Assembly (NCBI GenBank): GCA_964016885.1
Contig: OZ024753.1
Coordinates: 11,470,001-11,534,000, forward strand
DNA from: Eledone cirrhosa
Lineage: Eukaryota
DNA: 64,000 bases
Reading direction: 5' to 3'
The notes under the pieces are model-generated. The model had not been told where the DNA came from, ran no database searches, and worked only from the letters and a program-made list of their open reading frames with translations. The position numbers and the translations under genes are program-made. Of the stretch, positions 25,297-42,049 are shown piece after piece. The stretch's first letter is position 1; every line of letters begins with the position of its first letter.

Positions 25297-26173
25297 GAAT
25301 AATTTTTTCTACTTTTGGCACAAGGCCAGCAATTATCCAGTGTATTACTGGTACTTTATTTAATCGACCCGTAAGGATGAAAGACAAAGTTAACCTCGGC
25401 GGGATTTGAACTCAGAATGGCAAGGGCCGTAACTCTATGCGTCAAAGCATGGCGTCCAATCCTCTACCGATACTGCCAATCCACCGCCATTATTTTAGAA
25501 ATCATTCTAAAATAATGGTTTCTTATATAGGCACAAAGCCAGCAATTTTGGGGGAGGAGAAAGTCGATTAAACGACCCCAGTGCATGACTGATACTTTAT
25601 TTTATCGACCCAGTAAGGATGAAAGGCAAAGTTAACCTCGACGGGATTTGAACTCAGATCATAATGGCCCGTAACTCTTTGCTGCAAAGCATGGTGTCCG
25701 ACTCTCTACCGATACTGCCAAACCACCGCCATAAAATAAAGTACCAGTAATGCACTGATGAATTGCTGGCCTTGTGCCTAAAGTAGAAACAATTATTTAA
25801 AAAATCATTCTAAAATAATTGTTTCTACTTTAGGCACAAGGCCAGCAATTACCCAGTGCATTACAGGTACTTTATTTTATCGACCCCGTAAGGATGAAAG
25901 GCAAATTCAACCTCGGCGGGATTTGAACTCAGATCGTAAAGGGACGTAACTATGCTGGAAAGCATGGCGTCCGACCCTCTACCGATACTGCCAAAATAAT
26001 TGTTTCTACTTTAGGCACAAGGCCAGCAATTACCCAGTGCATTACTGGTACTTTATTTTATCGACCCCGTAAGGATGAAAGGCAAAGTCAACCTCGGCGG
26101 GATTTGAACTCAGATCGTAAAGGGACGTAACTATGCTGGAAAGCATGGCGTCCGACCCTCTACCGATACTGCC
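25297..26173 (-). mobile_element. Cluster of SINE family 1 copies (25297-25488 -, 25512-25730 -, 25731-25795 +, 25816-25993 -, 25997-26173 -)
   Basis: Consensus matches; the last two are near-identical tandem copies. Confidence 0.9.
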
Positions 26174-26264
26174 AAAATAATGCAACCGAATAATTATTTC
26201 TACTTTTATCACAGAGTTATCAATTTGAAAGGGGAGGGGAAATTTGATTGAATTGATCCTAGTG

Positions 26265-26483
26265 CAGGCATGACAAACATGCGGCCCACGGGCCGTATGC
26301 AGCCCTTTACAAGTACAGCTGCGGTCCGCACAAAGGTTTTTACAGCGCGAGCATGTTTTATTTTCGTAATATAAAATTTTAAAAATTAGTTGTAATTTGG
26401 GCAATTAGTTGTCAAGTGTGGCACTCAGACACCACATATGTGACCCATGTGGTCCTCGGGGGACCCTCAGCTTGACATGCCTG
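26265..26483 (+). mobile_element. hAT (Charlie-like) MITE, 219 bp, inserted in an old SINE
   Basis: TIRs CAGGCATGACAA / TTGACATGCCTG; perfect 8-bp TSD TCCTAGTG (26257-26264, 26484-26491); subterminal GCGGCCCACGGGCCG. Confidence 0.9.
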
Positions 26484-26609
26484 TCCTAGTGCGTTACTGG
26501 TACTTTATTGACCCCATAAGGATGAAGGTTAAAGATACCCTTGGCGGGATATGAACCCAGAGCATGTCCTATGCTCTATCGATACTACAAGTCCACATTT
26601 GCACCCAAA

Positions 26610-26780
26610 TAATGGGTTGTGATTTAAGCAGAAGGCCAACAATTGTGGAGAGGGCAAAGTCGACCCCGTAAAGATGAATGACAAAACTAACCTCTGCGTC
26701 GTATGAACACAGAACGTAAAGGGCCATAACTATAAGCCACACGCACAGCATGTTGCCCGATACTGCCAATCCACTGCCCT
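26610..26780 (-). mobile_element. Degenerate SINE family 1
   Basis: GTCGACCCCGTAAAGATGAA..CCGATACTGCCAATCCACTGCCC. Confidence 0.7.
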
Positions 26781-27660
26781 TTTGCAACCTAATAATATAT
26801 TACAACTTATTTATCATGAGTGTGTTTATACACTTCAGAACAGAAAGCTTATTGAAATAAAAGGGGATTTCAGAAATACAACAAAACAATTGTACATGAC
26901 TGAATTGTATTTGAGAAGTTAGGTACAAAATCCCCTTTCATAAGGAAATCGGAGTGTAGAAATATTCTAGAAAAATCTATCTAATATGAACATAAAACGA
27001 GGCTTAACATTGGTTTTAATTAAGTAGTTATCAATATTTTGGCTGACACAAATAACGTATTAACGGTTCCGTTTGTATATTTATGTCGTAAAATCTTTGC
27101 AGTCTTTGATGCTTCTTAAATTCCTAAGAGAAAACTATTTCGACTGAAGCTGTCAACAAGTGTAGTTATATTGCTGTTCATCTGAAGAATTTCTCAGTAA
27201 TCCAATAATTATTAACAATAGTGAAGTGTAAGGTTAACATAAGAGACACCACATTGCCAGAGTCGTTAGAACGTCGGATAGAATGATAGCGAAGTTAATC
27301 TGGTATTTCATTCTTTTGAGGGCAATAAATAAAATACCAGTTCAATAAATTATGCCGATTCTTCCTCCTCCATGTCTGGTTCTTACTTCCTTCTTTTCGC
27401 TCTCACTCTCTCTTTCCCTAAAGAAAAAGGCTTGGCTCAAACCTGGACTGTTCCTCTCCGCCATGTTTAAAATGCACAAGAGACGGTATACATCTCAACC
27501 ACGCACCTAAGACACCATCAGGTATGTATGTATCCATGCCATGTTAAAGTTAACTTATAATAATATATCCTTTAATACAGACTTTACCTGTGTGCGAAGG
27601 AGCTTTCTCAAAATCATGTATTATGAAATATATATACGGGAAGTTTATTTGCTACTATTT

Positions 27661-27842
27661 ATTGGTGGTATCGGTCGAGGGTCGGACGCCATGCTTTGCA
27701 GCATAGATTTACGGCCCTTTATGTTCCTAGTTCAAATCCAACCGAGGTTAACTTTACCTTTCATCCTTATGGGGGTCTATAAAATAAAGTACTAGTAATG
27801 CACTGGGGTAATTCCTCGCCTTGTGCCAAACGTAGAAACATT
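27661..27842 (+). mobile_element. SINE family 1
   Basis: Consensus match. Confidence 0.88.
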
Positions 27843-30462
27843 TATGTATAGTTTGTCTGAACCTCAATTTCAGGTCATTTCTCATCATTAAACACATATA
27901 TGATCAATAATTTTCCACCATTGACCATCTTCTCAATTTAGACATCTAGGATTGCTATAACTCATGTACCTATCCTTTAAAAACAGAACCGGAACGGTTT
28001 GATTTGAAAGATAGTGTCGTATGAGAGACTTTGTAAATTGCTACTGTTAGAAATAAGCAACTTAATCGTCAACTTGGCAGAAAACAGGACATGTTATTAT
28101 TGATTATCTCCTATTATGTACACAAAAAATATCCTGAAACAGGAAGAAGAAAAGTTAATATAATAAAAACACTTTTTGCCAAACAATAAAATGGCGGCCT
28201 TTAATATCAATAATGCATCAGTAATGAACGGTAGCTAATTAAATTCACAATATATGAAATATTAATTTTCGTTAGAGAATAAAAAGGGATGTACGTGTTA
28301 GCAATCGTCTGTTTTATGACATCTTCATAATCTCTCAATTAACCAATCAATAGTTTATATAGATCAACTTAAGAAATAGAATTATAACAACTAAAATTGT
28401 AACTGCCCGAAAAACTAAACAAATTTCAGCAAAATTACACACAATATATTTACTTCTGCGTGAATATTTTCTTACTGGTTTCACTCACTGCTCTCAGGTC
28501 ATACTAGAGTAACGCGTTCATAAAATCCTAAACAATCTATCAAAAAAGATTCCTTTCATCCATTTGTGGTCGATAAAAAAAGTACCAGCCTAGTACTGGG
28601 GTCGATTCTTCCTCTATATCTCTTTCTCGTTTCTATTCGCTTACTCTCTTTTCTTCTTTGGAAGAAACCTGCTGTACTCACAACTAAAGAGTATTGGGCT
28701 CCATCATGTTTTAAAATGCCTTAGAAACGCCGTATATCAATATGATGCCCCTACGACTCCAGCAGGAGTTACAGGACCATGCATGCATAACAATAGAAGT
28801 ACAATGAATATTGTACTCTACTACTGGAAACGATGACAGCTTGATCCATGTTCAATTGTCAGCTTGATTAGCAATAAGTTAGGATTAAGATAAAGAAGAC
28901 CTCCTGTAATTGTTATTACTTCAATATCTTCATATACATAGGAAAGTAAGGAAAATGCCGTCTTATTCGCAATGTGTGAGTTATAGATATTTACTTGTTC
29001 TGACTGAGGAGGAAGGGCGGCGCCCATGATGTTTTAAAGGTTCACCGAAACTTCTGGAAAAAAATTAACCCCAGAAAAGAGCCTTGAAGCAACAGTGAAC
29101 CACACTAAAAATAACCACGATTCAATATGGCATTGTTAAAGAGGGTGAGATATTAGGTATATTACACAAAATAAGATAATGATTCGCCGATAGATTTCTA
29201 TACAGTGTCTGCCAAGCGATTGTTCCTCACAAAGCTGTGTTTGACTTCAAGATATGGCAGAAAACATTTATGTATCAAATAATTACTTACAAGTTTAAAA
29301 GACAAAAGTGCAAATATATATTGGATAACATTTTTAGGGGCAATGTGTCCCGGATTGAGACTGAACATTTGACCTTACTGTTTCCCAAACAAATTTCTTG
29401 ACCAAATAGTCAATTTTCTCTCTAGTGTCCAGTCTGCAGACAGGTCGTTCAGGTCATGTCAAGTATTGCATTCTTCAAGCTTTCATCAAAAGCATCTATT
29501 TATTTGTTAGTCGCATTCGACTTTACTACTTCTCTCGATAATTGATTCATGTTTTGATAAATTCTGTTTGAGTAGGTCATATGTCTTGTAAACTTATCGC
29601 CTCATTTCTTTAATAATATATATGATTGGTCTCTCGTTGATAACTGGTAGCATTCCAAGATATTGTCTTTCTTCGAATCGACTTTTCATGTAATCTTATA
29701 GCTGTATATCCTATCTCATCTTCGCCTATTGCTTCAAATTAATTAGTGAGATTGAGATTGTTAATAAATTTCAAAGTCTGTAGTGACAGAACTGCAGAAA
29801 ATTGGGAAGAAGCTAACATGCGATAGCCTTTCTTGCTAGAAATAGCAGCCACATTCTTCTACATTCACACACTACTATCTGAAAATCAGAGGATACTACA
29901 AATCGATAATGTCGTCCTAATTACGTAATATCTAAAATAACAGATGGAGTGAGTATAGCAGGAATATCATTGATATTTCTGGTTTATCTAATGCTGAAGA
30001 ATAATAACTTGGGAAGAGAGTAATTCTAGAGAGAAACTTGGGAAGAGTGTAATTCTAGAGAGTTACTAGGATGTTCCATGTGGAATTACATGGGAACATT
30101 GTTGAAAGAAATCTGTGGTTGAGATATAGTGGGGTTACACCAAGAAAGTTAATAGTTTTGCATATTCTGGAACGGAAGCTGTTAACAGTTTGCCTTATAG
30201 AAGACAGAAGAGATAACACTAAATGTTCGAGTTCAAGTTTAATCTCAGATCAGCTGTGACCAGTTGTGGTCCAATGGATTACAACGTCTATCATTCTGTC
30301 TTTTTAAGGTTACCTAAGTATGAACTATCCGATATACCTTCCATGTTTAAAACGGTCGCGTGTGGCATTTGGTCAATATCTTTGAATATATAAATTATCA
30401 TCATCATCTTCATCATCATCATAATTTTTCAACAAAAGTATCAGATGGGTACAATCTTCCTT

Positions 30463-30745
30463 GTGGAGACGGGTGACCTAGTAGTAAGGGTGACGAACTT
30501 ACGATCATAATGTCAGACGTTCGATCCCTGCGCTGGGCCATGTGTTGTGTTTTTGAGCAAAACATTTCATTACACTTTGATCCATTATACTCAGCTGAAA
30601 ATGAGTATCAGCAATAGCTGGAGGGTTAACCTTGAGATGAACTGGCGTCAGATCCAGGGGGTGAGTCTTGTACTCTCAGTTGCTTAACGGCACGGAAACC
30701 GGAACAAATAGCGGCCTGATGAGCTTCCGAGCTCGACACAGAGTT
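30463..30745 (+). mobile_element. SINE family 2
   Basis: Homologous to 7891-8160. Confidence 0.85.
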
Positions 30746-31455
30746 ATACAATCTTGCTTCATCCATTGCTGTTTCATAATCAGGTGTGCTCTCGAGGTCA
30801 GCTTATTATCAGCGACCTTTGTGTGGTGTGTATGCTAATGGGGAATTATCACTGTTTGAGTAGGTAGGTCGTTTACATGAAATCTTCATTACTGGCTGAG
30901 ATATTGTCTGAGAAAGGAAGGCTATCATATACGTATGGTTGCCTACTTTTATAATAACAGTGAGAGGGCTATTAAATTACAATGGTATTCAGGGTATAGA
31001 ACCCTATCATAGGATGCACCAGACTTAATCTTTTGAGGCTATGAGAGAGGAGAGTTAAAGTACGTTTAGATTAACGGTATTACAGGAAACCTCCGATCTA
31101 CAAACAGGAACCGTTTTATATGACAGACATATTTATGAAGACAGGTGACAAAACTGTATCGCGTAGACAAAGGAGGATGTGGTATAAATCTTACTAGTCC
31201 AACGGAGTATATATAGTAGCAGTAGTACAATAAATGAAAATAACTGTTATTGATTTTCTTGCGAGAAGAAGATAGATGCCGTTGCCTTATATTAATAATT
31301 ATTACTAAAGCAATTCAAACGTCAAAGGAAGCTCAATAGAAGAGAACTTGACTTGGTCTTTATTAACGAAAATATATTTGACACATATACACCATGCCGA
31401 CTGAATCTATATCTTACGGATCCTGGTAAACCAAAAGCCTATTTATTTCACTTTG

Positions 31456-31571
<116 letters not shown>

Positions 31572-31639
31572 TATGTGTGTGTATGTGTGTGTATGTGTGT
31601 GTAATGTAGGAAGGTAACACACGAGTTGATATATATAAA

Positions 31640-31805
31640 AACGAATAGTAGAGTGGAAAAATATTTTTTTCAGCAGAAAATGCTGAAGAGATTCTTTCAG
31701 TATAATATCAAAATACTTGTTTATTCATAAAGTGGATATTTGCGCATTTAATAATGGTACCGGTTTCAGCATTATATGTTATTTTAACTGCGGATATGCA
31801 TAATG
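31640..31805 (-). mobile_element. Dispersed repeat (Penelope-like tail?), second copy at 56683-56850
   Basis: Reverse-complement match including GAAACCGGTACCATTATTAAATGCG. Confidence 0.65.
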
Positions 31806-31930
31806 TAGTTATGCTGCATATTTATACGAATAGTAAATAAGGGGAAGAATAATTATTAGTTTTTCCATACATATTTAGAGAGGAAACTTCATATCTCTGT
31901 CTGTTTTTGTCCTTCCTTAATATATATATA

Positions 31931-32068
31931 TAGGAACGAGTAGGACCCCGACGGCTTGAGCTCAGCCGTTGGGGCCCTACTCGTTCCTATTACCCACTCT
32001 ACTACCCTAAGTATTGAGTACTTTGGTGCGTTATGACCCACTTGGTTCCTTACCACATTTCCTTCGTT
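31931..32068 (+). mobile_element. Penelope-like family B, collapsed fold-back
   Basis: GGAACGAGTAGGACCCCGACGGC-TTGAGCTCA-GCCGTTGGGGCCCTACTCGTTCC palindrome plus tail. Confidence 0.75.
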
Positions 32069-32091
32069 ATATATATATATATATGTATATC

Positions 32092-32323
32092 ATTACGTCC
32101 CTTTATGATCTGAGTTCAAATCCCGCCAAGGTTGACTTTGCCTTTCATCCTTACGGGGTAGATAAAATAAAGTACAAGTAATGCACTGGTTAATTGCTGG
32201 CCTTGTGCCTAAAGTAGAAACAATTATTATTAAGGAACATCCTTACGGGGGTCGATAAAGTAAAGAACCAATCACCCACTGCGGTCGATTTAATCGACTT
32301 TCCCCCTCACCCAAAATTGCTGT
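32092..32323 (+). mobile_element. SINE family 1 (5'-truncated) plus a second fragment
   Basis: Consensus match. Confidence 0.8.
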
Positions 32324-32357
32324 CATTTATTATTAGGTAACAAAGAATCAGTGGTTT

Positions 32358-32414
<57 letters not shown>

Positions 32415-32417
32415 AAT

Positions 32418-32610
32418 CACATATTACATATGTTTCACTGCCGATCAGCTCGAGGAACGGTCGATTATGTTCGGACCTCACTCTGAAATGGAAAGCTCCT
32501 CAGATTGTTGCTGTCACATGTACACTCACCACCTTTCGATTCCCGAGTCAGGAACTAACATAATCAATCGTTCCTCGAGCGGATCAACAGTAAAACATAT
32601 GTAATATGTG
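32418..32610. repeat. Imperfect inverted repeat, ~80-bp arms
   Basis: CACATATTACATATGTTT..GATCAGCTCGAGGAACG / CGTTCCTCGAGCGGATC..AAACATATGTAATATGTG. Confidence 0.8.
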
Positions 32611-32862
32611 TTTAAATATGTATATGATGCCACACAGATTCTTTGTTTCTTAATTATTACTGATACTCTGCTCCCCAGTAGCATCGAGTGCTCATCTTGG
32701 CATACCACCTGTGAACGCAATCCAACTGCAGCCATTACTACGGCTTTATTCGTACATTTTTTTTATCTAATTCATTATACGTATTTCAAAGATGAATCGA
32801 GACATGTTTTACTATTCATTGATATGCTACTAGTTTAACGTGTCGTTACCCTCTTCCATATT

Positions 32863-32894
<32 letters not shown>

Positions 32895-32896
32895 TA

Positions 32897-33052
32897 TATG
32901 AATAAAATTAGTCCTTCATCAGTGATATTCCACCCTTCATTAGTATTTCTTCGTTTTAAAGATCATATACCTCTGGCTGGAAGATCACAGATGAAGGAGT
33001 AATTTTATTCATATGTAACCCATGTGCAACCACGCAGCACGCCATTTTTCAT
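32897..33052. mobile_element. Inverted plus direct fragment of the 44844-45557 family
   Basis: GTCCTTCATCAGTGAT (-) and CATATGTAACCCATGTGCAACCACGCAG (+). Confidence 0.75.
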
Positions 33053-33100
33053 ATATATATATATATATATATATACGTATATATATATGTATATATATAC

Positions 33101-33151
<51 letters not shown>

Positions 33152-33226
33152 AAGAGATAGTCGTATCCGTTTTATCATTCTTTGAACTTCAATACATTTT
33201 GCATAATGTTTCCTTGAACTCAGTTA

Positions 33227-33363
<137 letters not shown>

Positions 33364-34052
33364 TATATATCAAAGATATATCTCTCAATATCTAAAATGA
33401 GATATGGAAATAAGAGAAATAGGAAACTATGACATTTTACACGAATTGTACAGAAGAATAAAAACCTTCGCAAGAATATCTCATAGATTGATAGCGTTAA
33501 TAGTTAGCGAGGAAAATAATATGATCATATGCCCCACTACATATACATACATGTTTGTTAGCGTGTACATATTAAATTATATTTGAAATGAGCAAACGTT
33601 AAAATATGTTACACGTCTCACTCTATCTTAAAACATATCTACATACACACACACACATTTTTATCTATACATATATATACACATATACACATACACACAC
33701 ATATATATATATATATACATACACTCATACATATATAAATACATACACACATTTATATGTATGTATATATATATATATATACACACACATATACACACAT
33801 ATTCATATGTATATATATACACACATATATATACACACACACACATATATATATATACGTGCACACACATACATATATATATATATATACATACACACAC
33901 AAATATAAATGTATACATACACACACATATATATATATATATACATATATACATGTGTATGTACATATACTGATACATACATATATATATATATGCACAT
34001 ACACACATATATATATATATACATATATACAGATACATACATATATATGTAT

Positions 34053-34093
<41 letters not shown>

Positions 34094-34128
34094 CACATAT
34101 GCACACACACACATATATATATATATAT

Positions 34129-34562
34129 CTAAGGCGGGTAAAATTCCCGAGATCCATGGACGAGTTCTCTCCAGCGGTCTCTGTCCCTCATCATCGCTGC
34201 CATGTCCTGCGTCTCCAAGAGACCAGTGTCTGTCCTTACAGCATCAACATACGTTAACCTCGGACTTCCTATTTCAGTGTGTCCATGCAGGGGCTCCCAC
34301 AGGAGCACTGAGTGCAATGTCAACTCTGGATGTCGGTGAGCATGTCCAGCTAACCTCAGTCTCCTCTGTGTCACTTTTGAGCTTACTTTTGGGAGGCTCC
34401 CGTAGAGCTCTGAGTTCTTCATCATCAGTGTATACTGATTAATGTTCAGAGCCATCCTCAGCATTCTCGTGTAGCACCCATCCACCATCTGAGTGAGTCT
34501 CATGGTCAGTGTCCAAGTCTCAGATCCGTACAGCAGCACAGACTCCACTGCAGCAACGAAAG
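34129..34562 (-). pseudogene. 5'-truncated RTE/RTEX-clade LINE ORF 3' end
   Basis: VESVLLYGSETWTLT...DGCYTRMLRMALN...[11 protein letters not shown]...W.P..G....G.P..TY.D...DTG...M.DRD.WR. Confidence 0.9.
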
Positions 34563-35118
34563 ATACATATATGCGTGTAAATATGAATATGCACTTTAAA
34601 ATAGTAAGATATTTACAGAGGCAGGCAAGGAATATAATATTGATATATATATTCTCATCGAAATCAAACACAGAGCAGAAGGGATAATATACGATGTTCA
34701 TAGACATATGTGCTCTTATAAACATTTATAAGTAAATATAAACTCACCACATTGTTATCAGATATATATATATATATATACACAATGAGTAAAAAGAGAA
34801 AATAAAGTATTATTTTCAACTTCAAAGTAAATTGCCATATTTCTGCTGAGTTACAAAGGAGATTTATGTAAGACGCCATAATCTGAAGAAAGAGATTAGA
34901 AGATTAGTGAGCGAGTTCACTGCAAAAGATTATGGTCAATCAAGGTGCCAATGACAAATGCAACAAGCCGAATTTTTTCGTTGCAGTTGCTGCTGTATGA
35001 TAGGTGAAATAAAGATCAATGAAACAAAGATGGCCGAATCGTAAAGTCATGTTCATGTTTAGATATTTATTTCAAGATATTTTCCTTTTTTTGCCTCAAT
35101 ATTCAATCTATCATTATT

Positions 35119-35191
<73 letters not shown>

Positions 35192-35580
35192 ATGTGTGTG
35201 CTGTGTGTGTCTAATATTAAATAAGAAATGGATAAACACAAATATACATATTCATTAATATGCTTATAAACACACATGCACTATATATGTGTATATATAA
35301 TATATATATATGCTTCTGAATATATACACACATTATATATATATATATATTTTTATATATATATATATGCACTATATATGTGTATATATATTTATGCACT
35401 ATATATATATATATATATATATACATACATACTTCTGAATATATACACATATATACACATATTATATATATATCGATATATATATATATATGCACTATAT
35501 ATGTGTATGCACTATATATATATATATATATATACTTCTGAATATATGCACATATATACTCACATATTATATATATATAT

Positions 35581-35643
<63 letters not shown>

Positions 35644-35995
35644 CCTCTGGTTAAATAAAATACCTCGCTGCAATTCATCTTACATGTCAGTGTAGCCAAG
35701 AATATCGAATCAGGGAATACACATACTGACTTTAGAAGCTGATTGATGTAATAGCGAGGCTGTGTGACTTTGTACAAACAGTTCTTAATTCACAGTTCTG
35801 AATTTGTTGGTAATTGATGCATGGAGAATATGTTAATGATTGAGAACCAAATACATACATTACTATAGCATACACACAGGCAGAGACATACGTTTATACA
35901 TATATTATATATAACACATCTCAATGCATTGCATATGTATGTGTGTGAAGTGATGAGACTGGATGTGTGAGGGAAGTATATGTATGTATGTATGT

Positions 35996-37866
35996 TATCT
36001 CTTTCTCTTTATTTCGAATATACTTCTTTTGACCGGCCACCTTCCTGGTGGCAAGGTTGTAAAAGAAAAGAAATTGTCATCCCTTGAATCGCAAGAATGT
36101 TTTGCAAATTTTGAAGGTGCCAGCTATCGCAACCATTTGCAGACTATGAATTAGGGAGCTGCGCTTTTTGTCCGCAAATCCAAGTTCAGTGATACTTTGG
36201 TCCAAGCGGGTTGGTATATAACCCCTAGCTCCAATAATGATGGGTATGAAGCTAAAGGTGTATCTTGGATACTGGATTTGTAAACTTCTCATCAATGGTC
36301 CGTCGATGTCCTCCTTCTCCTGTATTTTTCTGACAACGTTTACATCAAGTGGGCAGCTGATCTCCACAACAGAACACGTTTTCAATGTGTGGTCCCAAAC
36401 TACAATATCAGGCCGGTTGTGCTTTAATTTGGTGGCAGTTTTTATTTTCAGGTTCCACCAGTAGTCCTTAGTGCCATCTGTCTCAATATATTCTTCCTTG
36501 TTTGTTGTTAATTTTGTTTTCCGAAGTGCGTTCCAGATGGTTCTAGCTATCCCATCGTGTCTTATGGGGAGGTAGTAGCGAGATGATATTCTTTCGCAGC
36601 TGGCAACAATGTGGCTTACATCCTCGATCTTTGTTTTACATAGCCTACATTTATTGTCAGCTGATGGCCCTCCCCTTTTGTGCAGCAGATATTTGGTAGG
36701 GAGTTCTTGTTCCTGTATTGCATAGAGATATCCCTCAAGGTGTGATGTCATAAACTTGTCGGAACTCCATGCCAGGCTTTTTGAGTGGTTTATCCCCTCT
36801 ATGGTCTGAGTTTTACGTCTCAAGTATCCATGCACAACCTTTTTCTGTAAATTGGTCATTTTTTTCATCTTGTTTGAACATTGAATAGGATCTTCCGATT
36901 TCTCTGGGTGAGAGATTTATATCAGGCTTTATTCCATATCTCTCCTCCAGATCAGTGGCTATTCTAATGATATTTTTTTTTCATGCTCATAAATCTGGGC
37001 AAGATGGTTGCCAAGCTTTTTCCTCTGTTGAAGATGTTGCTTCAGTGTTACTATCCGGGTCTCGTATGATGTTAATATGGATTTTAGACCCCGGCCAGCT
37101 TCCTTGCGTGAGAAGTATAGCCTATCCACATCACCATTGATATTTAAGTTCCCAGTAACACTGAGAGGTTTTCGAGTTCTAACATCCATCTCACTTAGTT
37201 CTTGCAATGACCAGTTCAGCAGGCCAAATGTTGGCGTTAGAATTGGCACAGCATAGGTATTGTGGGCAATGTATTTGTTGTACGCTGATGACCATATTTT
37301 CTTTGCTCTGAGGTATTCAGTTCTGGTTATCTCCTTATTTATGGGTCCATCATATCTGACATTCTCATCCTGTCCAAGATATATGTAGTTGTCACCTGAC
37401 TGTAGAGGTTGTATTGTCAGGCTGTTCATCTCTAGATTTCTAGAGGAGGGCACAACTCTTCCAAGTTTTACTGTCAAATATGCACAGTTGGACTCACCTA
37501 ATTTCATTTTGATGTCTGTTGAAATTGTGTAATGAGGTCCAATTGTTTCTTGATGTCATCGATATTTGGCCCATAAAACTTCAGGTCATCAACAAAGAAA
37601 AGATGAGAGATACTTCTGAACCCACTTCTTTGTCCACCTTGTTTCCTGAGTAGGTAAGATAGTGGATTTAGTGAAAGAACGAAGAGTAGCACTGACAAGC
37701 TATCACCCTGAAAGATGCCCTTCTGGTAATGTATCTTATCAGTCTTAACTTGCTCCTTCTCACCTCTAAGAATCAAATTGGTGTACCAGTTCTTGATCAG
37801 ACGTTCAACAGCAGCTACCAGTGGTTGTGGGAATTTGGCTAACTGTAAAGCCTTAACAATCCATCC
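35996..37866 (-). mobile_element. 5'-truncated R4/Dong-like (RLE-type) non-LTR retrotransposon, frameshifted
   Basis: RT motifs GIFQGDSLS..F and HLFFVDDLK; GGRGL-like AGRGLK; CRLC..H..C knuckle; RHD..W..NRPDIVV..VEISCP restriction-like endonuclease; split over ORFs 37504-37932, 36959-37507 and 36077-36868. Confidence 0.92.
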
Positions 37867-38002
37867 ATATGTATGTATGTATGTACGTATGAATGTATGC
37901 ATGTGTGTGTATATGTGTGCATATATATACATATATATATATATTGTTATACTTGGGGAGGGTCATATTGTTATAATATTGCCTGAAATAATAATAAAAC
38001 AC

Positions 38003-41243
<3,241 letters not shown>

Positions 41244-41687
41244 AGACGTGTATATGTATATAGTTTCACTGAAGTGTATAGTACACAAAAAGAAACCATC
41301 GTTTGATGTCATATTATACTACATTCAAAGTATGATCACATCGGTGTCACCACAAGACAAATTCCTCTCACACCATGGTCCCTCATTCAAGTAAACAGAA
41401 CAGATATGTCACGATTATTCGTTTAATTTCAATAAAAATAAAACGAAGACATTCATCGAGCCAATAATGTAATCTTTATGTTTGCTCGATATTTCAATCG
41501 TTATTAGCCAGTTCAACTCACCTCACCACCTACATAGACTGTTTTGTAAAACGGCGCATGGTATACATTACTCCTGATACAAATTACGTTCTGGTTGTAG
41601 ATGGATTGTCTTTGATCACAGCTCTTTCCCTTCTGGACTGACTTGTATCACAATACGAGAATAACACCATTATTTCTAATATAGTAA

Positions 41688-42049
41688 GGGCGGTGGATTG
41701 GCAGTATGGGTAGAGGGTCGGACGCCATGCTTTGACGTATAGAGTTACGGCCATTCTGAGTTCAAAACCCGCCGAAGTTAACTTTGCCTTTCATCCTTAC
41801 GGGGTCGATAAAATAAAGTACCAGTAATGTACTGCGTAATTGCTGGCCTTGTGCCAAAAGTAGACACAATTATTACTATCGCTAGAGGGTCGGACGCCAT
41901 GCTTTGACGCATAGAGTCACGGCCCTTGCCATTCTGAGTTCAAATCCCGCCGAGGATAACTTTGCCTTTCATCCTTACGGGGTCGATAAAATAAAGTACC
42001 AGTAATTCACTGTAATTGCTGGCCTTGTGCCAAAAGTAGAAACAATTAT
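41688..42049 (+). mobile_element. Two tandem SINE family 1 copies
   Basis: 41688-41873 full-length; 41877-42049 5'-clipped. Confidence 0.9.

Noticed and set aside
35912-35978. ~68-bp sequence duplicated at 42662-42729
   Set aside because: Real but short; no structure or family assignable
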